Shown one piece after another: positions 43,884 to 54,097 of a stretch of 64,000 bases of DNA. The position numbers and the translations under genes are program-made. The notes beneath the pieces are model-generated. The model ran no database searches, was not told the origin of the DNA, and saw nothing but the letters and a program-made list of their open reading frames with translations. Positions within the stretch are counted from its first letter, which is position 1. Each line of letters begins with the position of its first letter. Source of the DNA: an uncultured Eubacteriales bacterium (lineage in GTDB: Bacteria; Bacillota; Clostridia; Oscillospirales; Ruminococcaceae); the NCBI GenBank assembly GCA_900316885.1, contig ONEQ01000012.1, positions 2,490 to 66,489 of the forward strand, read 5' to 3'.

Positions 43884-45620
43884 ATGTCAGCAATAACCGA
43901 TGCGCTTCGTGCCGCCGACGAATCCTACCTCGTCGGCATGAGCAACAAGGGGCTGTATAAACGCGCCGTCAAGGATCTCGAATCCGCGGACGGCACCGTC
44001 ACACCCGACGGGGATACCCTTGTCGTCGCAGTCGGCGGCGAGACGATCACTCTGCGCGATCCCCTCTGGGAGAGCACCTGCTCCTGCCCGTCGCGGAGCA
44101 TCTGCCGGCATGTCCTGACCGCGATCCTGTTCGCGCAGTCCCGTTCGGACGATGCGGAGGAGGAGCCCGAACCCATACCGGAGGATGCGCCCGAACCCGA
44201 ATCCGAGCCGGAGCCTGCGCCTGCACCGGAGCCTGAACCCGAACCTGAACCGGCACCGGTGCTCGATGATGCGGTTTTCACGACCGCCGCCGACGGCTAT
44301 GCGCTCTGCGCGGAGGTGCTGTGCCGGGGACTGGTGCGGATGCCGGAGAATCTCGCGGAGCATCTGGAAGCTGCCGCCGTCCATGCCCATGCGCAGAAAA
44401 TGGCGATTGCCGAGCGCGTGTTCCGGGAATTATCGGGACTGCTGGGTGATATGCGCGAGCGCCGCGCCGTGTTCAAGACCGGCTACTTCCTGCAACGGCT
44501 CACGCGGCTTGCCGATCATCTGGAGGGCATCCGATCGGGCAGAATCACGGAGCTGGGCGATTTCCGGCGCACCTATACCGATCACCGCGGCGACTTGAAT
44601 CTCCTGGCACTCGGTGAGCGTGAGGTCGCGGGCGGTGAATACGAGGGCAAGGTGTACTATTTCCTGAATCTGGATGCCGCATCCGACCAGACGTTCTATT
44701 CCTATTCCGACCTGCGCCCGGTGTTCTACGAATCGGTCAAGCCCCGGCGCAGCATCACGGCGCCGTGGAACGCAGCCGTGCCCATGTCGAAGCTCATGGA
44801 GTCGCGCCTGACGCTCGTCCGGGCGAAGGTCTGCGGCGGAAAGCTCTCCGGCTCGGAGAAAACGGAGATCGCCGTGCGCACCAAGGGCAACCTCAACTGC
44901 GAGGAGCTCCGCCGGCAGATCCACACGGATTTCCGGGAGCTTGCCGTCTGGCTGTCCGGGCAGGACCGGCACGAGGAAACGAACCGTCTCTGCCTTGTCT
45001 GCGCGAAATGCTGCACCGCCTCCCGGTTTGACACCCATGCACAGGAGCTGCGCATGACGCTGGAGGATGCTGCCGGGGATCACGTCGATCTGCGCGTCGG
45101 CTACCGGAAGGAGACTAAGAAATTTATCGAGGAGCTTGAGCGCATCGGACGCATCATGCTCGAAAAGCCGGATGCCGATTATGTGTGGCTCTGTCTGGCG
45201 GATTTCACGGACGGCGAGCTGGTGCTCCTGCCGCTGGAGGTCTACAATTTCATCGCCGTGGACAGGGGAGCGCTCTATCGGCTCCCGCCGCAGTATGAGG
45301 CGCGGGAGAATGTCAGGGCGCCGGAGATTCTGGAATTTCTTGAGGAGGTCGAGGACTGGCTCTGCGAGCTCCTGCAAAGCGGTCTGCGTGCCGCACCGGA
45401 CGACAAGGGCAGGGCGCTTGCGGACAAAGCCGCACGATGCGGGATGGACGGGCTGTCCGACCTGATCCTCGCACTCACTGCCGAGGCGGAGGGCTACCGC
45501 CACACCATGCACGCGGATGCGCAGGACGCGCTGCGTGCCATGACGAAACTCACACGCTACTTAGCGCTCGGACGCGAAAAGCTCGCGCTCATCTGCGCAC
45601 TGAATACCATGCAGCAATAA
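43884..45620 (+). CDS. SWIM zinc-finger protein (YehQ-like)
   Basis: AAAGGAGG 6 nt upstream of ATG 43884. SWIM CxCx6CxH motif (CSCPSRSICRH). Pro/Glu-rich linker EPEPIPEDAPEPESEPEPAPAPEPEPEPEPAP. Confidence 0.8.
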   Translation: MSAITDALRAADESYLVGMSNKGLYKRAVKDLESADGTVTPDGDTLVVAVGGETITLRDPLWESTCSCPSRSICRHVLTAILFAQSRSDDAEEEPEPIPEDAPEPESEPEPAPAPEPEPEPEPAPVLDDAVFTTAADGYALCAEVLCRGLVRMPENLAEHLEAAAVHAHAQKMAIAERVFRELSGLLGDMRERRAVFKTGYFLQRLTRLADHLEGIRSGRITELGDFRRTYTDHRGDLNLLALGEREVAGGEYEGKVYYFLNLDAASDQTFYSYSDLRPVFYESVKPRRSITAPWNAAVPMSKLMESRLTLVRAKVCGGKLSGSEKTEIAVRTKGNLNCEELRRQIHTDFRELAVWLSGQDRHEETNRLCLVCAKCCTASRFDTHAQELRMTLEDAAGDHVDLRVGYRKETKKFIEELERIGRIMLEKPDADYVWLCLADFTDGELVLLPLEVYNFIAVDRGALYRLPPQYEARENVRAPEILEFLEEVEDWLCELLQSGLRAAPDDKGRALADKAARCGMDGLSDLILALTAEAEGYRHTMHADAQDALRAMTKLTRYLALGREKLALICALNTMQQ

Positions 45621-45634
45621 AGGAGGAGAGTACC

Positions 45635-48600
45635 ATGCTTCATAATCTGAACACATCCGAACAGTTCCCGCTTACCTGCGAAGCGCTTCGCAGCGCAGGC
45701 GTACCGGAGGAGCTTATCGCCATTGCACCGGAATATCTCGACCCGTCAAAGCCGCGCAATGATGCGCTGCTGGCCGGCATCCAGCCGCAGTGGTATCCGG
45801 GAGACGGCAACACCCAGCGCGATCTCAGCAAGGCGATGCGAAACGAGATCTACCAGACCGACCTGCCGCAGGACAAGCAGAAGCACGCCGAGGAGCTCCG
45901 CAAGCGCTGGCTGCTGTTTTCCTATGCACTCGCCGGGAATCACTGCAATGAGCTCGGTTCCGACTGGGGAATCTTGAAACCGGAGGAGATGACCGCGCTG
46001 TTCTGTTCCCGCTACGGCAAGGAGGGCGAAGCAAGGGCGTATGCGTTCCTGCTGACCGATATGTGCCAGGCACGTCATTACAGATGGATGCGGGATTGCC
46101 CGGTAAAATCCCCGGAGGTTTGTCTACAGGCAATCGCCTTCACCGACAGCTTCAAAGCCAAGATGGCGCTGACGCTGTTTCTGCTCTCCGGCTGCAAGTT
46201 ACCCGCAAAGGGCATCAAGGGGCTGTTCTCCAAGCCGGATCCGCTCCTTCACGGAGGACTGCTCGTCCTGAAGGCGCTGTATCAGCAAAGTAATGAGCGC
46301 TTGAAATGCACCGAGCTTTCCACTGCTACCGTTGCGATGGCGGCGAATTTCTCCGAGGAGTGGCACAAGCGTCTGATGCAGAATCACCAGCCGGAGCGTT
46401 ACAATATCGCGACGTTTATCGTGGAATCCTCGGTAACCCCCGACCCGGTGCTCGACCAGCTTGATGCTATGACCCAGAACACCCCGCAGTATGTCACCTA
46501 CCTTGCCGTTCTGAATCTGGAGCCGTATAACGCAAAGACAATGTGGTCATACTCCCATACCGGTGTTCTGCCCACCCGTAACGAGCATCTGAAAAAGGTC
46601 GCTGCCTGTGACCCGCAGGGCTACTTACAGGCAATTCAGAACGAGTCATCGGTTTCAACGCGCAAGCTGCTGGCGGATCTCTTCCGGGAGGTTCATCCGG
46701 ATGCGGAGCTGGAGGATATGCAGCAGCGTGCGAAGGAGCAGTGCATCCGTGCGCTGTGCTGTGACAATGACGCCTACAAGAACGAGATCACCCTGTTCCT
46801 CATCGGCGTGGACAGCATGGAGCAGTTCCTCGAAACCGAGCCGAAGCTCAAGCATAACGTTGATTTCTGGCGCGAAAAGGGTGCAAAGTATGTTGATGCC
46901 TACGGATTGGACGATTTTGCGGAGCGCTGCATCTGCTTCCAGGTGATGGTCAACTTCAAGGACGTGTATAATACGTCCCGTGTACCCGGATGGGATGTAG
47001 AAAGAAAACGTGCGGAAACGCTGAAGCTGTTTGAAAAGCACGGTGTCCCGCTGCGGAGCATCTTGAATTTCTGCGGCAATCTGTCCTGGACGACCGACGA
47101 GATGAAGAAGCTGCTCCTGTCGCATTTCATGCCGCTTGCGGAGGAGACCGCAGCCCTCGATTCCTCCATGCTTTGTGCCGAGGGGCGGAAGCTGGCGATG
47201 TATCTTCTCAACGAATCGCAGAACTGGGATGCGCTGTTCCGCTATACGGACGATTCCGGCAAGGGCGTGCGTGCGGATCTCTGCACCTACCTGCCGCTCC
47301 CCGGAGAGGGCTATGATGACCGGTACCGCGAGCTTCTGAATGCCAAAAAGCAGGGCAAGCGCGAGATCGCAGTCACGATGCTCGAAAAAAGCTGTCCGGA
47401 TTCGCTCAAGGATGCCGTGCAGGAGGCGTTTGACAAGGAGAAGCATGCCGGCTTGCAGACACGGCTTGCGGTGCTCCTCGGACAGGCAGCCCCCGCATCT
47501 GCACAGGCGTCCGTCAACGGCGATCTGGTCGAGACGCTGACCAAGGGCAGCAAGGGACGGAAGGTCGATTTCCTGTTCAATGCGCCGTTCTCGCCTGTGC
47601 GGAACGCGGACGGCGAACCGGCGGACGAGAATGTCCTCCGTGCGCTGGCGGTGAGCTACGCGGAGCAGACACCCTGCGGCAGAAGCCGGAGCGCCGATCA
47701 GCTCGCGGCGGGGCTGAATACCGCCGATCTGGAGAAGTTCGCGGCAGAGGTATTCTCCCGCTGGATCACGCAGGGCGCAGCGGCAAAGACCAAATGGGTG
47801 CTCTATCTGGCGGCGGTTCACGGCGGCATGGATATGATTACCATGCTCCAGCACTACATCAAGGACTGGGCGGAGCATTCCCGCGGTGCGATTGCCGCAG
47901 AAGCCGCCAATGCGCTGGCGCTCAACGGCACATCCCCGGCGCTCATGGCGGTGGACAGCATGGCACGGAAATTCAAGAACAAGCAGGTGCGCACGGCGGC
48001 AGGCAATGCCTTACAGGCGGCGGCGGACGGACTGGGCATCACCCGCGAGGAGCTGGCGGATCGGTGTGCCGGATCTCGGCTTTGATGAGCATCTCTGCCG
48101 GGTATTCGATTTCGGCACGCGGCAGTTTCAGGTCTACCTCACCCCGGCACTGGAGCTGGAGATCTTCGAGGGTGACAAGAAACTGAAAAATCTTCCCAAG
48201 CCCGGTGCGAAGGACGAGAAGGAAAAGGCGGAAGCCGCCGTCAAGGACTTCAAGGACATGAAAAAGCAGATGAAGGCGGCGATCCAGAGTCAGGGGCAGC
48301 GGCTGGAATACGCGCTCCTGTGTGACCGTAAATGGACGGCAGACGGCTGGCGGGATCTGTTCATCCGCAAGCCCGTGATGCACTGCTTTGCAATCGGTCT
48401 GATCTGGGGCGTGTACGAGAACGGCACGCTGGTGCAGAGCTTCCGGTACATGGAGGACGGCAGTTTCAACACGCCCGATGAGAACGAATACGAGCTGCCG
48501 GAGAATGCCGCAATCGGGCTGGTGCATCCGCTGGAGCTCGACGATGCGACAAAGCAGCAGTGGGCACAGCAGCTCGAGGATTATGAGATCAGGCAGCCCT

Positions 48601-49046
48601 TCCCGCAGATCGCGCGGCAGGTATACCGTGTCACGGATGCGGAGAAAACGGAGACAGCGCTCCTGCGGTTCTCTGATCGGGAGCTTGTGGCGATCACGCT
48701 GCTCGGGCGCATGACAAAGCTCGGCTGGGACAAGGGATATCCCGGCGACGGCGGTTTCCTGACGGAATTCTGCCGCCACGATATCTCCAAGCAGACCACC
48801 GGCGAGGACGGCAGCACCGTCCGCGAGGGATTCTACCTGGAGCTGACCTTCTCGGGCATGGACATCAGCGGCTATGACAACATGGAGAACGTGCAGATCG
48901 AAAAGGTGGAATTCTACGATATCAACAACGGCAAAGCCCCCTTGCCGCTGGGCAAGATCCCGCCCCGCTATTTCAGCGAGATCGTGTATCAGCTTACCTC
49001 AGTGCTGGGCGCATCCGAAGAAACGCCGGACGAAGAAACCGAATAA
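45635..49046 (+). pseudogene. DUF4132 domain protein (YehI/MolR-like), interrupted by a +1 frameshift near 48065
   Basis: AAAGGAGG RBS, ATG 45635. Frame A reads ...GITREELADR then CAGSRL-stop at 48085. Frame B reads VPDLGFDEHLCRVFDFGTRQFQVYL...LPKPGAKDEKE...YEIRQPFPQIARQV to 49046. Removing one nt (T at ~48065) gives a continuous ~1136-aa protein with the ELADR-VPDLG junction typical of DUF4132 proteins. Confidence 0.75.
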
Positions 49047-49050
49047 AAAG

Positions 49051-49080
49051 AATCCCCGCACAGGAGACTGTGCGGGGATT
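49051..49080. terminator. Bidirectional intrinsic terminator (DUF4132 gene / GH9 gene)
   Basis: aatccccgcacag-gaga-ctgtgcggggatt, 13-bp stem, with an A-run before and a T-rich tract after. Confidence 0.8.
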
Positions 49081-49084
49081 TGTG

Positions 49085-51580
49085 TTACTTACTCTGCGGA
49101 ACTTCCTTGATGATGCCCAGAACGTACTTCAGGAGTACCAGTGCATCGTTGCCGTCGAGCTTTCTGTCATTCTGCACATCAGCGTTTGCACGCTTCTGCT
49201 CGTTCAGATCAGAAACACCCAGCAGGAACTTGTTGAGTGCCACAACGTCCACGATATCCACTTCATTGTCGAGTGTGACATCACCGTACTTGGTAGCCGG
49301 CACATTGCCGCCCGGATTGGTCGGTTCTGTGGTTGCGTTGGATACCTCAGCGCTCGGCTCTGTGGTCGCCGCAGTGGTCGCCTCTGTTGCGGGCTTGGTT
49401 GCCTCCGTTGCCGGCTTGGTTGCTTCCGTGGTCGCCTCAGTCTTGGGCTCGGTCGGCTGCGGATTTTCGGTAGCCGTCGGATCCGGCTTGGTGCCGTCAG
49501 GCTCCTCGCCCCATACCAGCTTGCCGTCTACATACATGGTGAAATGCGGGTTCAGTGCATCGGCACTCTTGAGGCTGTCCGCCTTGTCGATCCCCTCATA
49601 GGACCAGTCATTTGTCGGATCCCATGCGCCTGTGGTGGGCTTGCCGTCGATCGCATCCGGGATGGATACGCGGAACTGCACCTCATCGCGGTGCTCGCTC
49701 TGACCGGTCGGCTGGATGGCTCTGCCGTCAGCAAACTTGATCTCGGCATAGTAGGTGTTGCCGGTCGCATCGCCGTCATACTTGAACGGACCCTCAACCG
49801 TTGCGAAGCCCTGCTCGCCTTCCTTGTACTGCTGGGACTTTGCCTCGACCTTGACATTATCCACGGAAAGACCTGCCTTGGTCAGCTCTTCGATGTTGAA
49901 GTAGTAGCGGTAGGAAATATCCTTGGCAACTCTTGCCGGCCATGCGGTGTGGTTCATTGCCCATGCCTTGACCTCGGTGTAGCTGTCGCCGGAGCCGTTG
50001 AGGATGGCAGCGACCTCCCACTCAGCCCACTTGGGCTCCTCCTTGGGCGGGAAATTCTCCAGGATCTTGCCGCCCGGATAATCTGCGATCATTGCGCAGA
50101 GTGCAGCGGTGTAGCCTGCGTTGTAGTCGATGGCTACCTCGGTGTACTGGTAATCGGAAACGGAGATCTTCGCGTCATCGTAGTTGCCGGAGCTGTCCGG
50201 ACCGCCGATCAGTGCGCCGTAGAGGGTATGTGCATACTCGGTCTGCCAGTTCTCGCCGGAGCCGGAAGCGGCTGCTGCCTTGGGCTTGCCGAGCTCGTTC
50301 CAGTGATCGTCATGGATACCGGAAGCGGTTCTGTGGTGGATTGCCGTCGGGTTCTTGTCGCCCATGCCGAGCACATAGCTCATCTTCATGGAGTTGTCGC
50401 CAAAGCAGTAGTCCATCTGGGATTTTGCCCATGTTCTGAACTTTTCAGCCTTTGCGGTATCTGCCTTGAACATATCGTCCGCAGCGAGGAGTGCGAGCCA
50501 TGCGGTGGTGGTTGCATGACGCAGGCAGCCCCACTGGAACAGCCATGCCAGACCGTCGCCGGTGTACTTGATGTCGCCGCCGCCCTCGATCCAGTGATTG
50601 ATGTGCTTGGCAACATGTGCCTTCCACTCGTCGTTGCCGGTGATATCGGCATAGAGGTAAACTGCCGCCTGGCAGGTATCATCCCAGCAGAGACCCCATG
50701 TGAACTTGGGATCGGTGGACTGGTTCTCGGTCGGGAAATTCGGGAGGTAGTCCTTCTCGATCTTGTCGATGTAGGACTTGTCGCCGGTTGCCTTATACAG
50801 CCAGCCTGCTGCGAACATGCAGTCGTCGAGCCAGGAGGAGGTATTGTACATACCGCTCATGCCGCCGACATCCTTGGCATCGCGCCACTTGTCCGCATAC
50901 TCAAAGAGCTCCTTGGCGTTCTTGAGGTAGGTCGCAGCCTTGTCGGGCTGCTCGTCCTTGAATACCAGATAGCCCTCGGCAAGTGCAGCGGCACAGAGTG
51001 CAGCGGTAGAGGAATTCTTGATGGTGTCATACGGACGATCCCAGTCGCCGCTGTTGAGGTGATGCTTGCGGAGGTAGACCTCGGCGGAGCACCAGATGTT
51101 GTGGTCAGTCGAGCCGCCCTCGAAGTCACCGATGGTGCCGACAAGCTTGCCGTCACCAAGGTAGCAGCCGTTGACGAAGTCAAGACCCCACTGGAGATTG
51201 TTGCGGTAGGTCTCACCGAGACCGGCCTTGTCCACGGCATCCTTGTACTGGAGATAGCCCCATGCCATCATGGATGCGGAGTAAGCGTTGGTGTGTGCGA
51301 ACTTGAAGTGGTCGCCGGCATCGAACCAGCCGCCCGGTACGATATCGGTCTCCTTGCCGTCCTCGTTCACCATGGAATCAGCACGCCACGGCACACTGTT
51401 CCACTCCGGGAGCTTACCGGACTGCTGCACCTCGTAGAAGAACATAGACTTCTGGAGTGCCTCGGCATAGTTGTAGTCGCCGGCAGCCTTGACCTCGACC
51501 TGCTGTGCGGATTTCACCGGTGCGGTCAGCGCCGCCGCACACATGACGAGTCCGGAGATGAATGCGATCGCTTTTTTCAT
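49085..51580 (-). CDS. Secreted GH9 endoglucanase with CBM3c-like module, Thr/Pro linker and C-terminal type I dockerin
   Basis: Start MKKAIAFISGLVMCAAALTAPV (signal peptide) after a GAGGGG RBS. GH9 motifs DAGDHFKF, HHRTASG and YQYTEVAIDYNAGY. Linker TEATKPATEATKPATEATT. Dockerin duplicate DVTLDNEVDIVDVVALNKFLLG / DVQNDRKLDGNDALVLLKYVLG. Confidence 0.9.
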   Translation of the reverse strand: MKKAIAFISGLVMCAAALTAPVKSAQQVEVKAAGDYNYAEALQKSMFFYEVQQSGKLPEWNSVPWRADSMVNEDGKETDIVPGGWFDAGDHFKFAHTNAYSASMMAWGYLQYKDAVDKAGLGETYRNNLQWGLDFVNGCYLGDGKLVGTIGDFEGGSTDHNIWCSAEVYLRKHHLNSGDWDRPYDTIKNSSTAALCAAALAEGYLVFKDEQPDKAATYLKNAKELFEYADKWRDAKDVGGMSGMYNTSSWLDDCMFAAGWLYKATGDKSYIDKIEKDYLPNFPTENQSTDPKFTWGLCWDDTCQAAVYLYADITGNDEWKAHVAKHINHWIEGGGDIKYTGDGLAWLFQWGCLRHATTTAWLALLAADDMFKADTAKAEKFRTWAKSQMDYCFGDNSMKMSYVLGMGDKNPTAIHHRTASGIHDDHWNELGKPKAAAASGSGENWQTEYAHTLYGALIGGPDSSGNYDDAKISVSDYQYTEVAIDYNAGYTAALCAMIADYPGGKILENFPPKEEPKWAEWEVAAILNGSGDSYTEVKAWAMNHTAWPARVAKDISYRYYFNIEELTKAGLSVDNVKVEAKSQQYKEGEQGFATVEGPFKYDGDATGNTYYAEIKFADGRAIQPTGQSEHRDEVQFRVSIPDAIDGKPTTGAWDPTNDWSYEGIDKADSLKSADALNPHFTMYVDGKLVWGEEPDGTKPDPTATENPQPTEPKTEATTEATKPATEATKPATEATTAATTEPSAEVSNATTEPTNPGGNVPATKYGDVTLDNEVDIVDVVALNKFLLGVSDLNEQKRANADVQNDRKLDGNDALVLLKYVLGIIKEVPQSK

Positions 51581-51830
51581 AGATCTTTCCCCTCTCAAAA
51601 TTAATTTCCGTCCCCGCAGTGCATCCGGGAACGTATACAACTTTATTGTACTATATTCTCGGGGATTTGTCAAGCATTTTCGGGGAGATCCCGTGAGAAT
51701 CGCTCCCTCCGCCGCCTGCATCCGCTTTGCCTTTGGCACAGAAAAGGAAATCCCGTTTCACTTGACCTCATCCGCCTGAAAAAAGGCTGCACAGCTCAAG
51801 CCGTACAGCCCTCTATATATAATGTATACC

Positions 51831-53729
51831 TTACTCCGCATCGAGCTTCACGAGCAGGATGCTCCGCGGTGCGCACGGGTAGGTGCCGCGGATCCGGTAC
51901 AGCGGTGTATCGGATGCATGAATCTTGTCGGCATAGACCTCGCCGGATGCCGTCACATCCACGGCATGCCCCAGCGGGTTGATGATGAGCAGGAGCTCCT
52001 TGCCGAACCGGATCTCCATCACGCCGTCGTCACGATCCGAGAATTGCAGCACCTCGCGGATGCGCTCCGCCGTCGGGAGACGGAATTCCGGGAATTTCCG
52101 GCGAACGGCGATCAGACCGCGGTAGTAATCCGCAACATCCCGGTGCAGCGTCGCCTGATCCCAGTGCAGGGAATTGATGCTGTCCGGGGAATTGTAGCTG
52201 TCATGCACGAACCCGCCGGCAGGATTCGGCTTCGAGCGCAGGAATTCCTGCCCCGCCTGCATGAACGGGATGCCCTGCGACAGGAATACCACCGCCGCGC
52301 CGAGCTTGTCCGTCGCTTCCTGAATCTCCGACGGCGCTCCCGGCATGGAGCACATCAGCTTGTCCCAGAAGGTCAGATTGTCGTGTGCCTCGACGTAGTT
52401 CACGCACTGGCACGGCGAATCCGTCCAGTATTCGTTCTCACTCCTGCCGCTCTGCGGATGGTACACGCCGCCGCACATCACCGGGCGCATCTGCTGCGCC
52501 ATATTGCCCGATGCTGCGCCGTTGACATAGCCGTAGCTACGGTCGTCAAAGACCGAGCCCTTCACCTTATCGCGGAAATCATCCGAGAACATCGCAAAAT
52601 CCGGCACACTTCGCGCATTCCATTTGATGGCACGGTGACATTCGTCAAGCGGACATGAGCCGCCCGTCCAGCCCTCACCGTAGAGGATGATGTCCGGGTT
52701 GATCTTCCGCAGCTTCTCCGCCGCGAGATTCAGCGTTTTAGTGTCGAGCAGACCCATCAGGTCGAACCGGAAACCGTCGAGCTTGTACTCGCTTGCCAGA
52801 TAGCACAGGCTGTCGATGATGTAGCGCCGAGCCATGTAGCGCTCAGAGGCGAACTCATTGCCGCAGCCCGAGCCGTTGGAATAGCCGTGCTGGTTGTGGC
52901 GGTAGTAGTAATGCGGGTAAATTTTCGAGAACGGAGAGTCCCCTGTATAATAGGTATGGTTGTACACCACGTCCATGATGACACCCATCCCGCGCTTGTG
53001 AATCGCCTGCACCATCTGCTTGAACTCGCGCACGCGGCACAGACCGTCATGCGGGTTCGTGGAGTAGGAACCCTCCGGTACATTATAATTAAGCGGGTCA
53101 TAGCCCCAGTTATACTGCGGCTTATCCTCATCCTCGTCTATGGTTGCGAAATCATAGACCGGGAGCAGGTGAATGTGCGTCACGCCGAGCGATGCAATGT
53201 GATCGAGCCCGACCGGGATCCCCTGGCGGTTTGTGACATTCTCCTCGGTAAAGGCAAGGAATTTGCCCGGATACTTGAAATTGGCGCCCGGATCCGCGGA
53301 GAAATCGCGGACATGCAGCTCGTAGATCACCGCATCCGTATAATTGGCGAGCTTGACGCGCTGCGAATCCTCCCAGCCCTCCGGATTGGTTTTCGCCATA
53401 TCAAACACCATGCCGCGTGTGCCGTTGCATCCGGCAGAACGCGCATAAATATCAATCGTCTCACGTTCCCAGCCCTCTGAGAACAGGGTATATGTATAAT
53501 AGTGTCCGTGCAGGTCACCAAGGATGGTACATTCCCAGACACCGTTGCGGTTGGACATCGCATGGCGCTCGATGGGATGCTCTGCCGTGTCACTCTCATA
53601 TAAATTGAGCATCACGGACTCTGCCTCCGGTGCCCACACGCGGAAAATTGTGTGTGAATCGTAATAAATCGTGCCGAGCCCGCCGTCAAAGCCGTATCGC
53701 TCGTCTGCCTCCTCAAAACTCATTCCCAT
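51831..53729 (-). CDS. GH13 pullulanase-type debranching enzyme (type I pullulanase-like, no signal peptide)
   Basis: YELHVRDFS, GVTHIHLLPVYDF, YNWGYDPLNYNVPEGSYS, DVVYNHT, GFRFDLMG and YGEGW motifs. Confidence 0.88.
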   Translation of the reverse strand: MGMSFEEADERYGFDGGLGTIYYDSHTIFRVWAPEAESVMLNLYESDTAEHPIERHAMSNRNGVWECTILGDLHGHYYTYTLFSEGWERETIDIYARSAGCNGTRGMVFDMAKTNPEGWEDSQRVKLANYTDAVIYELHVRDFSADPGANFKYPGKFLAFTEENVTNRQGIPVGLDHIASLGVTHIHLLPVYDFATIDEDEDKPQYNWGYDPLNYNVPEGSYSTNPHDGLCRVREFKQMVQAIHKRGMGVIMDVVYNHTYYTGDSPFSKIYPHYYYRHNQHGYSNGSGCGNEFASERYMARRYIIDSLCYLASEYKLDGFRFDLMGLLDTKTLNLAAEKLRKINPDIILYGEGWTGGSCPLDECHRAIKWNARSVPDFAMFSDDFRDKVKGSVFDDRSYGYVNGAASGNMAQQMRPVMCGGVYHPQSGRSENEYWTDSPCQCVNYVEAHDNLTFWDKLMCSMPGAPSEIQEATDKLGAAVVFLSQGIPFMQAGQEFLRSKPNPAGGFVHDSYNSPDSINSLHWDQATLHRDVADYYRGLIAVRRKFPEFRLPTAERIREVLQFSDRDDGVMEIRFGKELLLIINPLGHAVDVTASGEVYADKIHASDTPLYRIRGTYPCAPRSILLVKLDAE

Positions 53730-53988
53730 GTATCATCACCTCATATATGATTATAGCATACCGGAGACAGGAATGCAAGTTTCAAAATGGAAAAATATTG
53801 CGCCAAAACCGAAAACGAATGGTAAAAAATGTCATTCAAAATGGGAGCGGGAGGGAAATTTAGAAAAAAGTTCTGTGAAAGTTTGGTGAAAATTTTAAAA
53901 GTGTTGTGAAATTACACGTTTTCGCAATCGTGTTTCGTATATTCTGACGAATTTAACACAGGGGGTTATGGTTTTTTTCAAAAGTTCC

Positions 53989-54017
53989 TTGACATATCGG
54001 CACTTACCGTGTATAAT
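53989..54017 (+). promoter_or_regulatory. Consensus promoter TTGACA-17-TATAAT for the surface-protein gene
   Basis: Both hexamers are perfect, 80 nt upstream of the ATG at 54098. Confidence 0.7.
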
Positions 54018-54097
54018 AGTAAGTAACCAGTTAGAGTATTGGAACTGGAAGTGCCACAGTGGCACACTTGCAAATAGAAATTAGGAGGAAATGAACA

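Noticed and set aside
45437-45634. Upstream extension of the DUF4132 gene (ORF-track start 45437)
   Set aside because: It overlaps the last 184 nt of the SWIM gene in another frame. A strong AAAGGAGG RBS precedes the ATG at 45635.
47886-48065. ATG 47886 as an independent start of the downstream DUF4132 fragment
   Set aside because: The first 60 codons (MRLPQKPPMRWRSTAHPRRSW...) are an out-of-frame reading of the upstream fragment. Sense sequence in this frame only begins at VPDLGFD (48066).
40734-48779. Long minus-strand ORFs inside the AAA+/vWA operon (40734..42545, 42251..43141, 44430..45512, 46655..47878, 48039..48779)
   Set aside because: All are antisense mirrors of the plus-strand genes, with Arg/Leu/His-rich low-information sequence and no RBSs.
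49070-51604. 844-aa plus-strand ORF
   Set aside because: It is antisense to the GH9-dockerin gene. The Gly/Leu/Val/Arg-rich sequence starts inside the bidirectional terminator.
51822-53480. 278-aa and 197-aa plus-strand ORFs
   Set aside because: They are antisense to the GH13 pullulanase.
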